A DNA stretch of 59,586 nt, counting the filler, from Catajapyx aquilonaris (lineage: Eukaryota): the NCBI GenBank assembly GCA_000934665.2. It is 3 parts of 3 records of this genome, joined end to end, with 100 filler letters (N's around TTAATTAATTAA, not from the genome) between each part and the next. Parts side by side here need not be neighbours in the genome. Positions count along the whole stretch, not along the records: positions 19,892 to 39,694 come from KZ539528.1; positions 39,795 to 59,586 come from KZ539529.1; 1 more part is not named here. One strand, written 5' to 3'. Positions 37,266 to 50,101 of this stretch are shown here, in pieces. Both the position numbers and the translations under genes were made by a program. The notes under the pieces are model-generated. The model saw only the letters and a list, made by a program, of their open reading frames with translations, did no database searches and was not told the DNA's origin. Every line of letters begins with the position of its first letter. Within the stretch, counting starts at the first letter, position 1.

Positions 37266-39694
37266 GTATTCAGAAGTGATGCTTAGGTGAGTAAGTAATC
37301 AGCTGGGCCTTATTATTTCTCCATCCATGCTCTCTGCCCCATGGTGACGTACCGAATGCATGACTCCATTTTGAAGATATCTGAAGGGATGTGTCGTTTA
37401 GACAGCTCTGGGAAAATGGCATGGAAATCAAAATGGAAATCAAACGGATTCGAATTGTCTCGAGGAAAGAGAGTCGATTCTTTCAAGTGACAGACAATTT
37501 TTGCGAGATGGGGGGAATCGAGTGGGAGTGGGAGCTCAAAAACGCCAGATAGGCGCGTGGGCCCTCGAATAAATCTTCTTATCTTTTAACCAAAAAAGTA
37601 TCCTCTCCCCTCCCCTTCCCCCCACCAAAAAACTCATCTTTATTGCATGAAAAATGATTTTCCGGGTGGTGCTGCGCAACTTCCTGGGAAGCACATGCCA
37701 TTAACACATGCTCCAGCAGATAAAACTCTGTCCGTTGCCTATCCCCTCCCCGGGCTTATTACGTCACGTTACGTCCTAATTAGCGTGCATTTTGCACTCC
37801 GCAAAATGCACCAGACTTAATTTCGCACCCCTATTCCCCACTTTCCCTCCTGGCTATTCCTGGGAAAAGGCGTCAAATATTTACAACTCCTTTCCTGGTA
37901 GCTCAAAGTGCGACGCGCTGACTCGATTACAAGTTGAAAATACCAGGTAATAGTAGCCTTAATTGAGACAGTGGCCTGACACGGAAGGCTGAAGGAAGAG
38001 GATATGTTAATAACGCAGGCGCAAAACTCGCAATATTAGCACTTGTTGGTATTTGACTCTGAAACTGCACAAGTGAAGTGGCAATTACTTTGTCGTCTGC
38101 TAAGGTAGGAGTGGAAGCCAGCCAGGAGTGTCGGAAACGGAGGAGTTGGGTCAATATTGATGCCTTATGTTGCCTTTTCCTTGTAGTCTCAAAGGTAAGG
38201 GGTAAGAGAGAGTGGGAGTTGACTCGTGTGACTAGGCAAATCTGGTGTCTCTGGAATATCTCTGAAGACTCCTTGCTCACACTGCCAACCTAAATATTTC
38301 AGAAACGTTGGTGCAATATTGACATTATGGAGCTTTATATATAATTCAACTAATGTGGCAAGAGACGGAGGGGAGGGGGAGAGCTGGATGCAGAGAGTGC
38401 TCAAATGACTGCAGGTGCACGGGTACAGGCTCATCATTTGCAGAGCTATTTAAAAGTCAATGATACTACAAGGAAATATTTCAGAATATTGTGTCATATG
38501 AAGATGATGAGGAGGAGATTATCCCTGTACGACTGCAAAAGTGACACTCTCGGAAAATAAAAGTTGCCAAAACCTTCCAGCACTTCATGTTGACAGGAGA
38601 AGTGACATTGATGCGACTATACTAGTTGGCATGGAGTGCTGTTATATCTCGTCTCCACTATATTCTAAAATAATCTTCCATTATCCAGTTTCCAATATGA
38701 ACCAGAAAGGGTTACCCTAAAAGGGGACCCCAAAATTAAGTTATAATAATCACAATAATAGTGTTATTTGATGTACAGTGCATAGTTATATTTGGTTAAT
38801 GGCAACCGATTGTAGGAGATATGAAGAATACCCAACCTTAAAATTGACAGCTAGCATTTGAGAAACTTGGAGAAGCAAGGGTAGGGAAAGTTGATTTTGT
38901 TGATTCACCTCAGATTCTGTTCCGAAACAACATCACTCTCGTTGCCGGGCCCTGGGGCGGGTGATCCGGATCACGAGCTCTAGTGGAGACGGCGCGGCGT
39001 ATTAGACTTGGAAAAGGCTCTAGGCAGTCATTCACTATGTGCAGCCAGATACTTTTTGGGGTTTCCATGTAAAGTCATCCTGTAAACCGTATCTTGAAAG
39101 TTCTTTAACGCGTAATGGCCATCTTTCACTAAAGTACGTAATTTTGTGGCATACCTGTACATTGTATCATGTAATAATATTTTTATCCACATGGAACAAA
39201 AATGCAGTATAAACTCCCTCTGAACTGTAGTACATAAGCCTTTTGTTTGTGTGAAGCACAATCGAGAGGTACAAAATTACATAGGCAGGATGCGTCGAGT
39301 AACATATTGGGTCATTCCACAGTATTAACGGACGAGACAACATTAATGGATTTTGCTGTTTCAAATATAAATTGTGTAGGTATCAAAGTGCAACATACTC
39401 ACGGTGTTAAGATTTATGAAACATCAGATGTTTGTAATTTATATTTGAACATGGTAATTTAATTACATTAAGTAAGGTAACGGACGGGACAGGAAATGGA
39501 CATGCAAACGAATATGTAGCACACATACCGCAATAGCAAAACTCTGTTCTCTTGAACATTTCAGAAATAAATTTTTCAGTATGTTGTAGAAGACTATCAT
39601 ATGAGGAGCTTGCCAGCAAAACCAGTTCAATCCACTCCGGGTCGAAAATAATCTGGACACGCTGGAGGCATGTTCCAGGCAATGCCTTTCTATT

Positions 39695-39793
39695 NNNNNN
39701 NNNNNNNNNNNNNNNNNNNNNNNNNNNNNNNNNNNNNNTTAATTAATTAANNNNNNNNNNNNNNNNNNNNNNNNNNNNNNNNNNNNNNNNNNN
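39695..39793. other. Assembly gap with an artificial TTAATTAATTAA linker
   Basis: Same structure as the gap at 19792. Confidence 0.95.
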
Positions 39794-40098
39794 NCCCCCC
39801 CCCCCCCGCAGGGGGGCGCGCCCCACAGTTTGAGAACCGCTGCTTTAGCCGTCTGCAGCCTGTAACTGTTTTATTATCTGTCTCCAAAAGCTGTCTGACT
39901 GGCTCGAAAATATGTGCTAATATAATATGAATAATAATACTGCGTTGCTTAATATATTGATATAATATTGCTTTATTTAAACTTGCCGGTTGCCGCCCTT
40001 CAAAATATGCCGCCCTAGGCCATGGCCTAGTGTGGCCTTATGGGTAATCCGCCCCTGTATGTGCTGCATATCTCAGATGAGGTCAAGCACTACCCGTG

Positions 40099-40160
<62 letters not shown>

Positions 40161-40278
40161 TGATAGGGTGAATTGAAGGAGTGCTTGGGACTGGTTATAT
40201 TGATGGAAATTAAGGAGTATAACTGATTAATGATTATTATATTACGTGTACGAATACGAATAATAATAATAATAATAC

Positions 40279-40315
<37 letters not shown>
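40099..40315. repeat. (ATT)n and (AAT)n microsatellites in opposite orientation
   Basis: Tracts at about 40099-40155 and 40259-40315. Confidence 0.9.
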
Positions 40316-40317
<2 letters not shown>

Positions 40318-40707
40318 AATGACATTTGTTCCTGTGTGTGCAGGAAAGCGAGACTTTCACAGTTGCTCCAAACATGTCTTTCTAAACCCAAATGAAGACA
40401 TCTTATTTTGCCTCTAAAAGAATCTTGGAGTTTACACCGTATTTGACCAATAATGACATAAATGCATATTTTCAATGTTCTTTGTTTTTGTCAAAAAATG
40501 ATTTCATATTATTTTGATACCTAAAAATAACTCTTTTCCAGTCATACAATGCACCACTGAAAGTGGCACAGTAGCATGTGGAGAAAATTCCCACCATGAT
40601 CCTTAGGAACAAATTTTTTCTTACAGGCAGTTACTGTAGATGTTCGATTAATATTAGTTGTTTTCTGCAGATGAAAACGAAAAACCAGAAAAATACCAGT
40701 TGTACTA

Positions 40708-41050
40708 CAGTACAAGCTCGATTATCCGTTGCCCAGGGGACCAGGGCATGATCATAACACAAAAATGGTCGGGTAATCCGAGGAGCAACGAAAACTTGAA
40801 TGAAACACAACTACAAAAAACATAAAAACATGAAATCATGTACCATATTATGGTTTTCTAAGAAATAGTGAAATATTTATCTTTTTCATACACTACTGTA
40901 CAGTATTTACCATTTAACTAATGCAACACAAAACAAATGCATAGTACATGCCAGTATTGATGAGAAAACAGATTTATTGCTGAAGCGGGACGGTCGGATA
41001 AGCTGAGGAGTCGGATAATAATCAGAGATGGGATAATCGGGGTTCTGCTG
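40708..41050. mobile_element. pogo/Tigger-like MITE
   Basis: TA-CAGTACAAGCTCGATTATCCG ... GGATAATCGGGGTTCTGCTG-TA. Confidence 0.6.
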
Positions 41051-41656
41051 TATATTTCTAAAAAAGTTGGGAGGCACTTTTGCATTGAAACCAAGTGCAA
41101 AATCTTCATCTTTTTGAGCGATCTAGTACATATGCTGTATAAGAGTTTGCCTTTTTTTGTAATTGTCAAAATTACACCAGCCAAATTCCCGGAATTCTTG
41201 CATCATCAGACCTTGCACATCATATATTAATAAATACGTTAAGAAAGGGAGGAAGATTTGCCTTCATGCAACTGGCCCTTTATCAATGATGCAATAATTG
41301 AAACATTCTAATCTCCCATTTGCATTATAACTGGAAAAAACCACCATTTTAAAGGTGGGTTTGCAAGCTCAAGAGGACTGGTAGTTGTGAATTAATTTTG
41401 TTAGTGATATAGTCATCCTTGCACACCATCTGTATTTTTAAAACTTTCCTCGAGGTTTTCTGGTGTACCAAGAATACATAGTGAGAGATCAGGGATGCGA
41501 GAATTGTCTTTCTCGCTCCCTGAATTTGTTCGCAAGCACCACTTGTCATGACCAACCTTATGCCTCAACTCATATTTTGCCTCTCAGTATGAGTACCTCT
41601 TTTGGAATAATGTTTTTTTTTTACTGACTTGCATGGTTAACAATTATTTTTTTCAG

Positions 41657-41811
41657 ATGTGGAAGGTGGCAGTAAGCAAGAAAAAAATATCACTGCAACC
41701 GTGGGACTGGTTGTTCATGCTGCTGCTGATGGAGTTGCTTTGGGAGCAGCAGCAACAACACCCCATCAAGATGTGGAGATGATTGTCTTTGTAGCCATCA
41801 TGTTACACAAA
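41657..41811 (+). CDS. SLC39A9: ZIP9/SLC39A9 zinc transporter, internal exon (TM4-TM5 region)
   Basis: tttttcAG acceptor and GTTAGT donor. Encodes [24 protein letters not shown]...[10 protein letters not shown], the ZIP9 metal-site signature. Confidence 0.92.
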
Positions 41812-42065
41812 GTTAGTTTATTAATGCTACCAAGACTGGTGATGCATATACTGCAGCAGCAGGGTGGAAAAAAATTGCCACAACTTGCACGTTTTTCCAC
41901 AAAGTAACTTAGTTTTTGTGTGGAATTTTCACTTTTCTGTCATTAGAGGGGAAAAAGGTAGCTCAACCTGAGCTGTGGACCTAGAATGTAATTTCAACTA
42001 TTACACAGTAATAACAAGAAGCCATCAGATTTTTCTTGGTGATATCTCCCTAAATATTCAAAATA

Positions 42066-42850
42066 CAGGGTGTTCCAAGTTCGTGGATCGTTTTTAGTTA
42101 GAGGAAATTTTGCTCGAAGCTGTTATTTTTTGTAGCTTGTTGCGGCCCTAACCAGGTGCCCTATTCTCATAGAAACTGCTTTATTCGACCACCTGGGCGT
42201 AATGGGGCAACTGAATTGAGGTGCAACAAGCTACACAAAAATAACTACTTCAGGTGATATTAGTGATAACTACAAGATTGGCAAATCACATGAGCATGAT
42301 TAGAGTAGACTTTTTCATGTTTACTCCTATTGTCCCCAACATCTGTCACGGTACTGGGACTGAAACTACCCATAACTCATTTTCGGCCAAAAGTGGACCT
42401 ACCATTTTTCCCCCTCCCTCCTCCTACCCCCAGACCGCCCCTTTCCTGTTTCAAAAATCTATCGTAGCAAACCAATCTTTAGACCTTTTTGCATCCATCG
42501 CAAAAGGTCTTATAGCACGGCTCTGTCCGTCCGTCCGTCTGTGGACAGGTATCACATATCCAGGTATCATGTAGTGGGGGGGGGGGGGGGNTTGGGGGGA
42601 AAGGGACAGTCTGGGGAGAATGGACGGTCTGGGGTAGGGTGTGCTGGGGGAAAGGGGTGGTTGGGGGATGGGACAGCCAGGGGGAAATGGCGGATAGAGT
42701 GAGCGCGGAACCCAAAAATGGAAAAAAAGCCTTATAGCACGGCTAGGTCTGTCTGTCTGATACCTGTCCACAGACTGACAGACAGCTGTTGTATAATGCT
42801 TTTTCTCTCGAAAAAGTCTAAAAAACCACCCACGAACTTGGAACACCCTG
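42066..42850. mobile_element. Tc1/mariner-type MITE in a ZIP9 intron
   Basis: TA-CAGGGTGTTCCAAGTTCGTGG ... CCACGAACTTGGAACACCCTG-TA. Confidence 0.85.
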
Positions 42851-43198
42851 TACATGAAATGGCACTTATCCTATTCAAGCAGCTCAATTGACTGATTTGT
42901 CTCTTTATTGCTATTGGCCCACCTTGAATCATTTTTGCTGTTAAGTAAGTTAATATAACTTGCACATCATAACCTTTTGTCTGGGGCAGTACAGCCACCA
43001 CTTCAGTTTCATCACCAAAAGTCCAGTCAGTCAGTTGACCATTTCATACCATTCCCTTGTTAGAGAGGAATTGGAATGGAAAATAATAGCAGTACATAAA
43101 TGTGCATGTGTAAAGTTATGAATTGTTAATTGCATAAAAATTGCGTAAAAATTTCTTTCATTATTAAAACACAAAATAAGTTGGATGAATTCATATGA

Positions 43199-43432
43199 AG
43201 ATGTCACTTGCCGAAGGGCCCAACTCCAAAATTTCAAAAAACCGTTGTTATTGCGGATTTCTACTCTTGGAGTCGGGCCTCACAGCCCTGGTGAAGGTGA
43301 AGGGCCCAAGTCAACCATTACTGCCTTAAAATTTAATCATAAACTGCGAAGCTCCATATGGAGCAATGAAGTTTTTTCTCTCTCCTGAAAACTTTCACCT
43401 TGTGGAGTTGGGCCCTGGGGCAAGTGACATCT
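43199..43432. mobile_element. MITE in a ZIP9 intron
   Basis: agatgtcacttgcc.aagggcccaactcca is mirrored by tggagttgggccctggggcaagtgacatct. Confidence 0.7.
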
Positions 43433-43584
43433 CCATTTGTTACAAAGGCTTGACTTTTTTGAAGTATTAAATATCATGTCAGTGGTCATTTGCAAGATGT
43501 CGGAACATTTGCATAATGCACAGAAATCTTTTTCTCTATTATTATTATTAACAAATGTTTTTCACATGAACCTCTTAATTACAG

Positions 43585-43719
43585 GCGCCTGCAGCATTTG
43601 GTCTGGTGACCTTTCTCCTTCATGAAGGCCTGGAGAGGAACCGAATACGCCGCCATCTAGGCATCTTCTCAGTGGCAGCTCCCTTGCTAGCTGTGATCAC
43701 TTACTTTGGAATTAGCCAG
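43585..43719 (+). CDS. SLC39A9: ZIP9/SLC39A9 internal exon
   Basis: acAG acceptor and GTACAA donor, 135 nt, phase 0/0. Encodes [45 protein letters not shown], continuing MLHK|APAAFGL. Confidence 0.92.
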
Positions 43720-43879
43720 GTACAACTTGGTAAAAGGGGAGGACATACTCGTTCTTCCAATGCTGCTTCTCAAAAGTCAAAGTAATTTTTTGCTGGCAGA
43801 GTGATAAACATTTTCATATTGAGGGAGGGTAATGGCAGGGTATTGCTGCTTGTTGGTGTGTGCATTCATTTTACTTGCT

Positions 43880-44100
43880 AGGTACCCCCGCGAGCATAAA
43901 GATAGAGATGGCAGGCCATTTTTTGACCTTTCTTTATCCGACTGAAATTAATGAACTATTTTTGGACCGAGTTAGCTGCTTCAGGCGTGTGTTCATGTAT
44001 TTATGACAGTATATTTGATACTGTAATTGCTGAGATTGGCAGAGCAGCCTGCCGAAGGTGAGCGTCTGCCGTCTCCATCTTTATGCTCGCGGGTGTACCT
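43880..44100. mobile_element. MITE in a ZIP9 intron
   Basis: aggtacccccgcgagcataaagatagagatggcag is mirrored by ctgccgtctccatctttatgctcgcgggtgtacct. Confidence 0.7.
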
Positions 44101-45285
44101 CAAAAAGGGACAAAGAAATGTTGATGAATTAGTCAGTCTGACCTGTATTTGAACTCCAGACCAGACCCTTGGGGCTTGTGTACATTTCTGCGGTACATTT
44201 ATGTGGAAAGTGGATGATTTTCATCTTAACCTGTTGTGGTCGACGACCATCATACGATGGCCGAGCATGACGTGCCCCAGGGCCTACGACCACCATATAA
44301 TGGTTAGCTACTTGCACGCTCATTTATTCGCATAAAAAAGGCGCCAATGACTTTTAAGCTGCTCTTGCCATGGCATCTCGTGCTTGGTAGTTCAACTATC
44401 ACGCACTGCTTCAGCCCCTGGACACTTCCCTCTTATCAGCTCTAATCGCTGTTAGTGGCCTGCTGACACGATTTGCGGGAGTTAGATGTTTGATGGCGCA
44501 TTAGGGGCCGTAACGACATGTGCGCACAGCCCCTAATGTGCCATCAAACTGCGACCGCCCCCAAACCCCAGTTCGCCCCTGGCCACATTCGACATCATTG
44601 CAATTCATTGCATTGGTGTGAGGACACGGCGGAAAATCCGACCTGGCGCAAAGCACTTCCAAAGCGGCCCCGGGGCCACCCCCAAACTCCAGTTGATGCT
44701 GATACCTATTTAAGTCACGCTTAATCCGAATCTGAAAACGGTTTGTCACTATCTCTTGCGGTTATTCATTAATATGCATTAATATCGCTCCTACATCAAA
44801 TCTTAAATTTTGAAAAAAAAAAAAACAACTCAGGCCCTGAGTATTGCAATTGAAAAGAAAACCTAGCCATCAACAGGTTAAACAAGTTTAAAGAAATCCT
44901 CAGTAACTGCATTGCCAGATGGCTGCCTTCACATCACTCAAGAGTGACAATTGATGGCTACAATTCAATAAGTGAAATGTTCAAGAAGCGAATAAGACTA
45001 TTTATTTCTGTTTCCTATCATAGTTAACAAAATTTTGGGAGCCTGTTTCAGATGCTTCTAGTGGCATTCAGCTCTTCATGCATTTTCTACGTATAGGTAT
45101 CCATCATGCCATGAAAGTTTTTATTTTATTTTTTATTGACAGCTGTACCCATATGGTATTGCAGTCTTCAATTCCATCAACTTTCCTCTGTCCTTTCTAT
45201 TGAGACCATCAATTATAACACAGTAACCTTCTGGTTTGTTAGAGCAGTGTTTGTGTACAAAGTAATGAAATTCTTGATTTTCCAG

Positions 45286-45558
45286 GAAGGGAAGGAGACA
45301 CTATCAACAGTGAATGCAACTGGAATTGCCATGCTGTTCAGTGCAGGCACATTCTTGTATGTGGCAACTGTTCATGTCCTTCCTGAGGTGGCCAACCGTT
45401 CTGGCCATTCCCATGGGATGGCTACAACTTCGCCCTCTTCTTCCTCCACAATGGTCAACACCGACTCTGAACCCAAGGGTTTCAGGCGCGTTGAACTTTT
45501 GGCACTTGTGACTGGAGCACTTTTGCCACTTCTATTAACAGTGGGACATCATCACTGA
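45286..45558 (+). CDS. SLC39A9: ZIP9/SLC39A9 last coding exon
   Basis: ttttccAG acceptor, phase 0. Encodes [35 protein letters not shown]...[12 protein letters not shown] followed by a stop. Confidence 0.93.
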   Translation, partial: EGKETLSTVNATGIAMLFSAGTFLYVATVHVLPEVANRSGHSHGMATTSPSSSSTMVNTDSEPKGFRRVELLALVTGALLPLLLTVGHHH

Positions 45559-46541
45559 TATGGCGTCATTTTTATTTTGTGTGTGGGTGTATTTGTACAG
45601 GTGAAATTTTAATTTAAAGAGACTGGCCCACCAGTGTAAATATTAGACATGTATTTTTTTCTTCCCATTTTTGCAGAACATTGTGTTTGATGTGTCTTCC
45701 AGTTGCACATCCTGCACAAGAGACTTAGCAGTATGTCAGATAATTTTGTGGACTTTTATTTGCCGACTGGGAAATTGAGATGGATCACATTTATAAGTGA
45801 AATTGTTTGATTACTGTGGCAGCACCATCCTTGATTCAGCACAACATTGTGTATTAAAAACCAAATGATTATGTTTACATCATCAACAATGCTTTCAATA
45901 TGACCTGTTCAGGGAAATTAGCTAAAAGTCAGACAAAGTCGTGCTCAAATCAGTCCATTTTGTTTCCTTGATATGCAGACTTGGAAGCTTTGCATACTAT
46001 TTATTACACGCAGCTAATGAAGTGGAACAGTGTGTGTCATTATTGTTGACACGCATGGGCCCAAATGCAAATAAATTTGGTCACTTGAAAAGTGGCTACC
46101 TGGATATCAAAGAAATATTTGAGCATTTTTATAAATGCATGTTTATTTAACACACGAGTGTGGATTCAATAATACATGCAAACAATATTCATAATGAAAG
46201 TTGGTCACCGATTTTTAATGGTCCCATGGCAATAAGTTGTACTGTAATTTCATAAAGTGTGCAACACCTTATGACCTACTTGAGATGTAAGCAACCCTCT
46301 TCCATTGGAAAATTGATCATATTTTCTCAGCTGGGACACTTTGAAGAGACAAATTGAATACCCCTGGATGTTCCAGATGACTACTTGCTGGGATACTGTC
46401 ATCCTCAGGCAGCACCAAGACAACACCTGCACGTTGCAAACCTTTTACAAAAGAGTTGCAGCATTTGAAATGTGTTTCACACACGAGGTGTAAATTTTTA
46501 TGTAGATGTGCCATGCAAATAGACATGAAGGCCTATTAATG

Positions 46542-47790
46542 TATGAGGGCATGCTGATAATTTTTTCCTGCATAGAATACATGTAATACATATCACAGCC
46601 AGGATAATGTGGGCACCATCAAATGAAAGCCTGGAATGCCCTCTTCAAAACCAAATGTATACAGTGATTCGCTGGGTAGTTGACTTGAATATAGCTTCAT
46701 AATGCATTGCTTCATCATGGTTGCAATAGTAGTTTTGATATACCTCTCCAGGTCTACCTAGGTGTGGTGAGGTTTCGTCTTCTGCACAACACTCACTTTA
46801 AAATCACCACAATTAAAAATCGTGACATGGTATGGACATAATTATGTAACCTTTCTTAGCCACCCTCTGACACACTGAATAGGAATGTCCAGTCTGTGAA
46901 ATGACTTCTGATGACTTGTGAACCACATGACACAGCAGCACCTGGTAATGGAAATGTTGAAGGTACGATTAGATGTGAATTCTGTTTCCGTACGTATTAC
47001 CTGGATAACTACACACATTTACCTTGGTCAACTATCTAGTGAATCACCCTGTATTAAATTCTCTACATAACCACCATCTAGAGTTATTAGCTCTTGGCAA
47101 TACACTTGCACCAACAATGTACTAGTTCTTCCTCCCGTCTGCATAGAACTCAGGCTGTGGGAGTGGAACCAAGCGTGAACAGCAGCCTCAACATCTGCAG
47201 AGTTAGAGCTGTACTGATTTCCCTTCAAGTATGGCCTTCATTTTTGGGTAAAGAAAGTAGTTGCAGGGGAAAAGATCTGGCCAGTACTGTAAGCCACATG
47301 AGGGAATTTGAGTATCTGGAGACGGTATTGCACACGTAGAGTTCCTCACTGGTCACAAAACTGAATTCTGAAATGCATGTGGATACATAGTGGAGGTTTC
47401 AGGCATGAGTGAACAGGGTGCACCTAGGACAGGATGTCATTTTTCACCATGATAACGCTTGGCCGCATTCAAGCCATCACACTGTAGATACCCTCCAGAC
47501 TCCAGAGACTCAAATTCCCTGTACTAACTTCCTCATCCAGATACAACCCAGATCTTGCACCCTGGCAACTTCTTTCTTTTCCCGAAAATGAAGGCACACC
47601 TGGAGGGCAACTGGTACAGTTCCAATGCAGAAGTTGAGGCTGCTCTTCAGGCTTGGTGTCACTCCCACAGCCCTGAGTTCTACACTGATGAGAGGAAGGA
47701 ACTAGTTCCAGTACATTGTTGGCTTAAGTGCATTGTTGTAGGTGGTGATTATGTAAAATATAAATATGTGGCTTTCATTAGGGGGCTCTC
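46542..47790. mobile_element. Decayed mariner element with an inverted duplication of the transposase 3' part
   Basis: TATGAGGG-like end. The plus strand has FHHDNAWPH, PDLAP-like and FFLFPKMKAHLEG fragments. About 47060-47330 is an inverted copy of about 47490-47755. Frameshifts are present. Confidence 0.75.
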
Positions 47791-48085
47791 ACGCCCCCCC
47801 CCCCNNNNNNNNNNNNNNNNGGGGGGGGGGGGGGGGACCCAGCAGCTGCATCGTATGCTTCCCCCAGATGCAAAATGGAGGAGCTCAAGTAGACAGGCAA
47901 GATGCAATACCAAGGAGCACTACTGACACTTTAGGAAACAGGTGCCTCATGTCCCCACTGCAGGTACTACAATTGAATGGCAGTCACCTGTACCCAGGCC
48001 ACCTGTCCAGGAACTTGGAAACACCAGCTTGCAGCCACAATATCATGCCATGATGAACAGATGTGGTCACAGCCAACTTTATGTA

Positions 48086-49737
48086 CAGGGTCATCGAAAA
48101 AGAATGTCCCAATTTTAAAACACTATAACTTGAAAACTTGGCGACATATCAGAATGTACTGTATTTAAGTTTTGAAATGCTAAGAAATGTCTCAAGTTTT
48201 GGTCTCACTTTAGTTTGTTTTGATAATTATGAGCTTCATTTGTTGCTCAGCAGATAAAAAAGACAGTAGTCGCTCTTGAGCCAAACCCACTCAATCATAT
48301 CTGGAGTTGCCGTTGCAATCCTCTCCGTAGCTGCTGGAGATGATGGGTCTTTACAACACATGCATTATTCTTGATGATGCACATAATGAGTGCCTCATCC
48401 ATGAAACAAAAAAACCTGGCATATGAAAGTTTCATTTGCTCAACCTCCCAGTGTGCAAAGTCTGGAATGAGAAGTTCCCCTATGACCCCACCCCCCCACC
48501 CCACACACACAGAACCCCAGATCTTACCCCGATTGACTTTTTTGTGGAGATACATGTATGGTGGAAAGATCCGGCATATCCAGCACACACTTGATAAGAT
48601 TTCATTGGTAACGCCAGACATGCCTGAGCGGGTTAGGCATGACACCGATTACCATACAGTCCTTACATTTGCCAAGTGACAAATTGAGCTCATATCGCAA
48701 CAAACTATAGTAATACCTTATGTTCCGTACAAAACCCTACCTCTCTGCATCACTTACTATATGCAGTGCCGGATTTACCCCCTCGGCCGCCCCTAGGCAG
48801 TTGAGATCTGCCCCCTGTACCCTCCATTCTTCCTCCTTTAGTCTTTCCTCATTTNCCGCCCCCGGAGGGCGGCCGCCCCTAGGCTTTTCTGCCTGTGGCA
48901 AATCCGGCACTGGGAACCCCCCCCCCCGACGACGAAATATTCTAATTTTTTAATGATTTCGCCTTAATTTCTTATTATTGTAGCCTGTTTGAAAAATATT
49001 TATTGCAACTTGCGGCCGCCCCTAGGCAATTTCCTACTCTGCCCAATGGTAAATCCGGCGCTGCTTCCCAGTCGCGTAACTATTTGTTATTAATTTTTCG
49101 TTTACTTTTTTGTATGCCTAAATTTGCCGCCCCTTGAAATCTGCCGCCCTAGGCAACTGCCTAGGTTGCCTTGCCGTAAATCCGGCGCTGACTATATGAT
49201 TGCAGTTTTATCTCGAGTGCTAGGTGCAACTATTTAACTGATATTCCAAAAGTTCCACCAGATTTGAGCCATACTATTTTCTGTGATCTAACAAAAATGA
49301 ACATTTATTCTCTCATCTCTTTTTGAACCTCCATAAAAATGTAATTTTTTTGTGATTTGGAGATGCAATCTAAATACCATATACTCTCTGAATACCTGGT
49401 CCAGTCTCACTGGCAATTACCCAATCATGTTGTCTAATTCCTTTCTATCGTATTTATCAATCTGGTAAACATTGATTTATTTCTGTTACATGTAAAAATT
49501 ATAAAGTGTTATTGCAGTTGATTGAAAATAAGATGAAACTTATTGAATGTATAATCAACAGGGGCAACTCCCCTTCAAGGTGTTTCACCTTATGAAGGAA
49601 ATAAATTACTACTACTATAGTAATACCAAAACTTTATAGACATTTTTTAGCACTTCAAAACTTAATTCATTTAGAATGTCCACAAGTTTTCAAGTTATAG
49701 GGTTTTTAAATTGGGACATTCTTTTTCGATGACCATG
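48086..49737. mobile_element. Tc1/mariner-derived deleted element with long TIRs
   Basis: TA-CAGGGTCATCGAAAAAGAATGTCCCAAT ends and a transposase remnant PDLTPIDF.LWRYM near 48515. Same family as 56718-57596. Confidence 0.8.
48764..49190. mobile_element. hAT-type MITE nested in the Tc1/mariner element
   Basis: CAGTGCCGGATTTAC/GTAAATCCGGCGCTG, perfect 8-bp TSD ACTATATG and repeated GCCGCCCCTAGGC. Confidence 0.85.
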
Positions 49738-50006
49738 TATTACTTTTGGGAGAAAATGGAAGTGGTTCCAGACTTAACTTCATTTTAGGAAGCGCCACAG
49801 CTAGGGTCTGGCACAGGATAACCAAGTGTCAATTGTTGGAGACTTCCATCCTGGCTCCACACCAGAAGGTCTAAATTCTAAAACATTGTAAGGACCACAT
49901 GTCTATCAGCAATGTGTGTTTTGAATAAATTATTATAATGCCAAATAACACCTTCAGCAGCTTGTATGATATAAACACAACACTAGAACTCTCAAGTGAA
50001 GAAATT

Positions 50007-50101
50007 TTTATTCTAAATCAGAGGAGTTCCCACTTCAGTGACATTCACAAGCATCAAATTAAAATTAGAAATAGAATCAAGTTTTGCTTAGACATTTTAT
50101 T
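50007..50101 (-). promoter_or_regulatory. Candidate tandem poly(A) signals for YY1/pho
   Basis: Minus-strand AATAAA at 50007-50012 and 50096-50101. The distal signal is followed by a GT-rich stretch. Confidence 0.45.
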
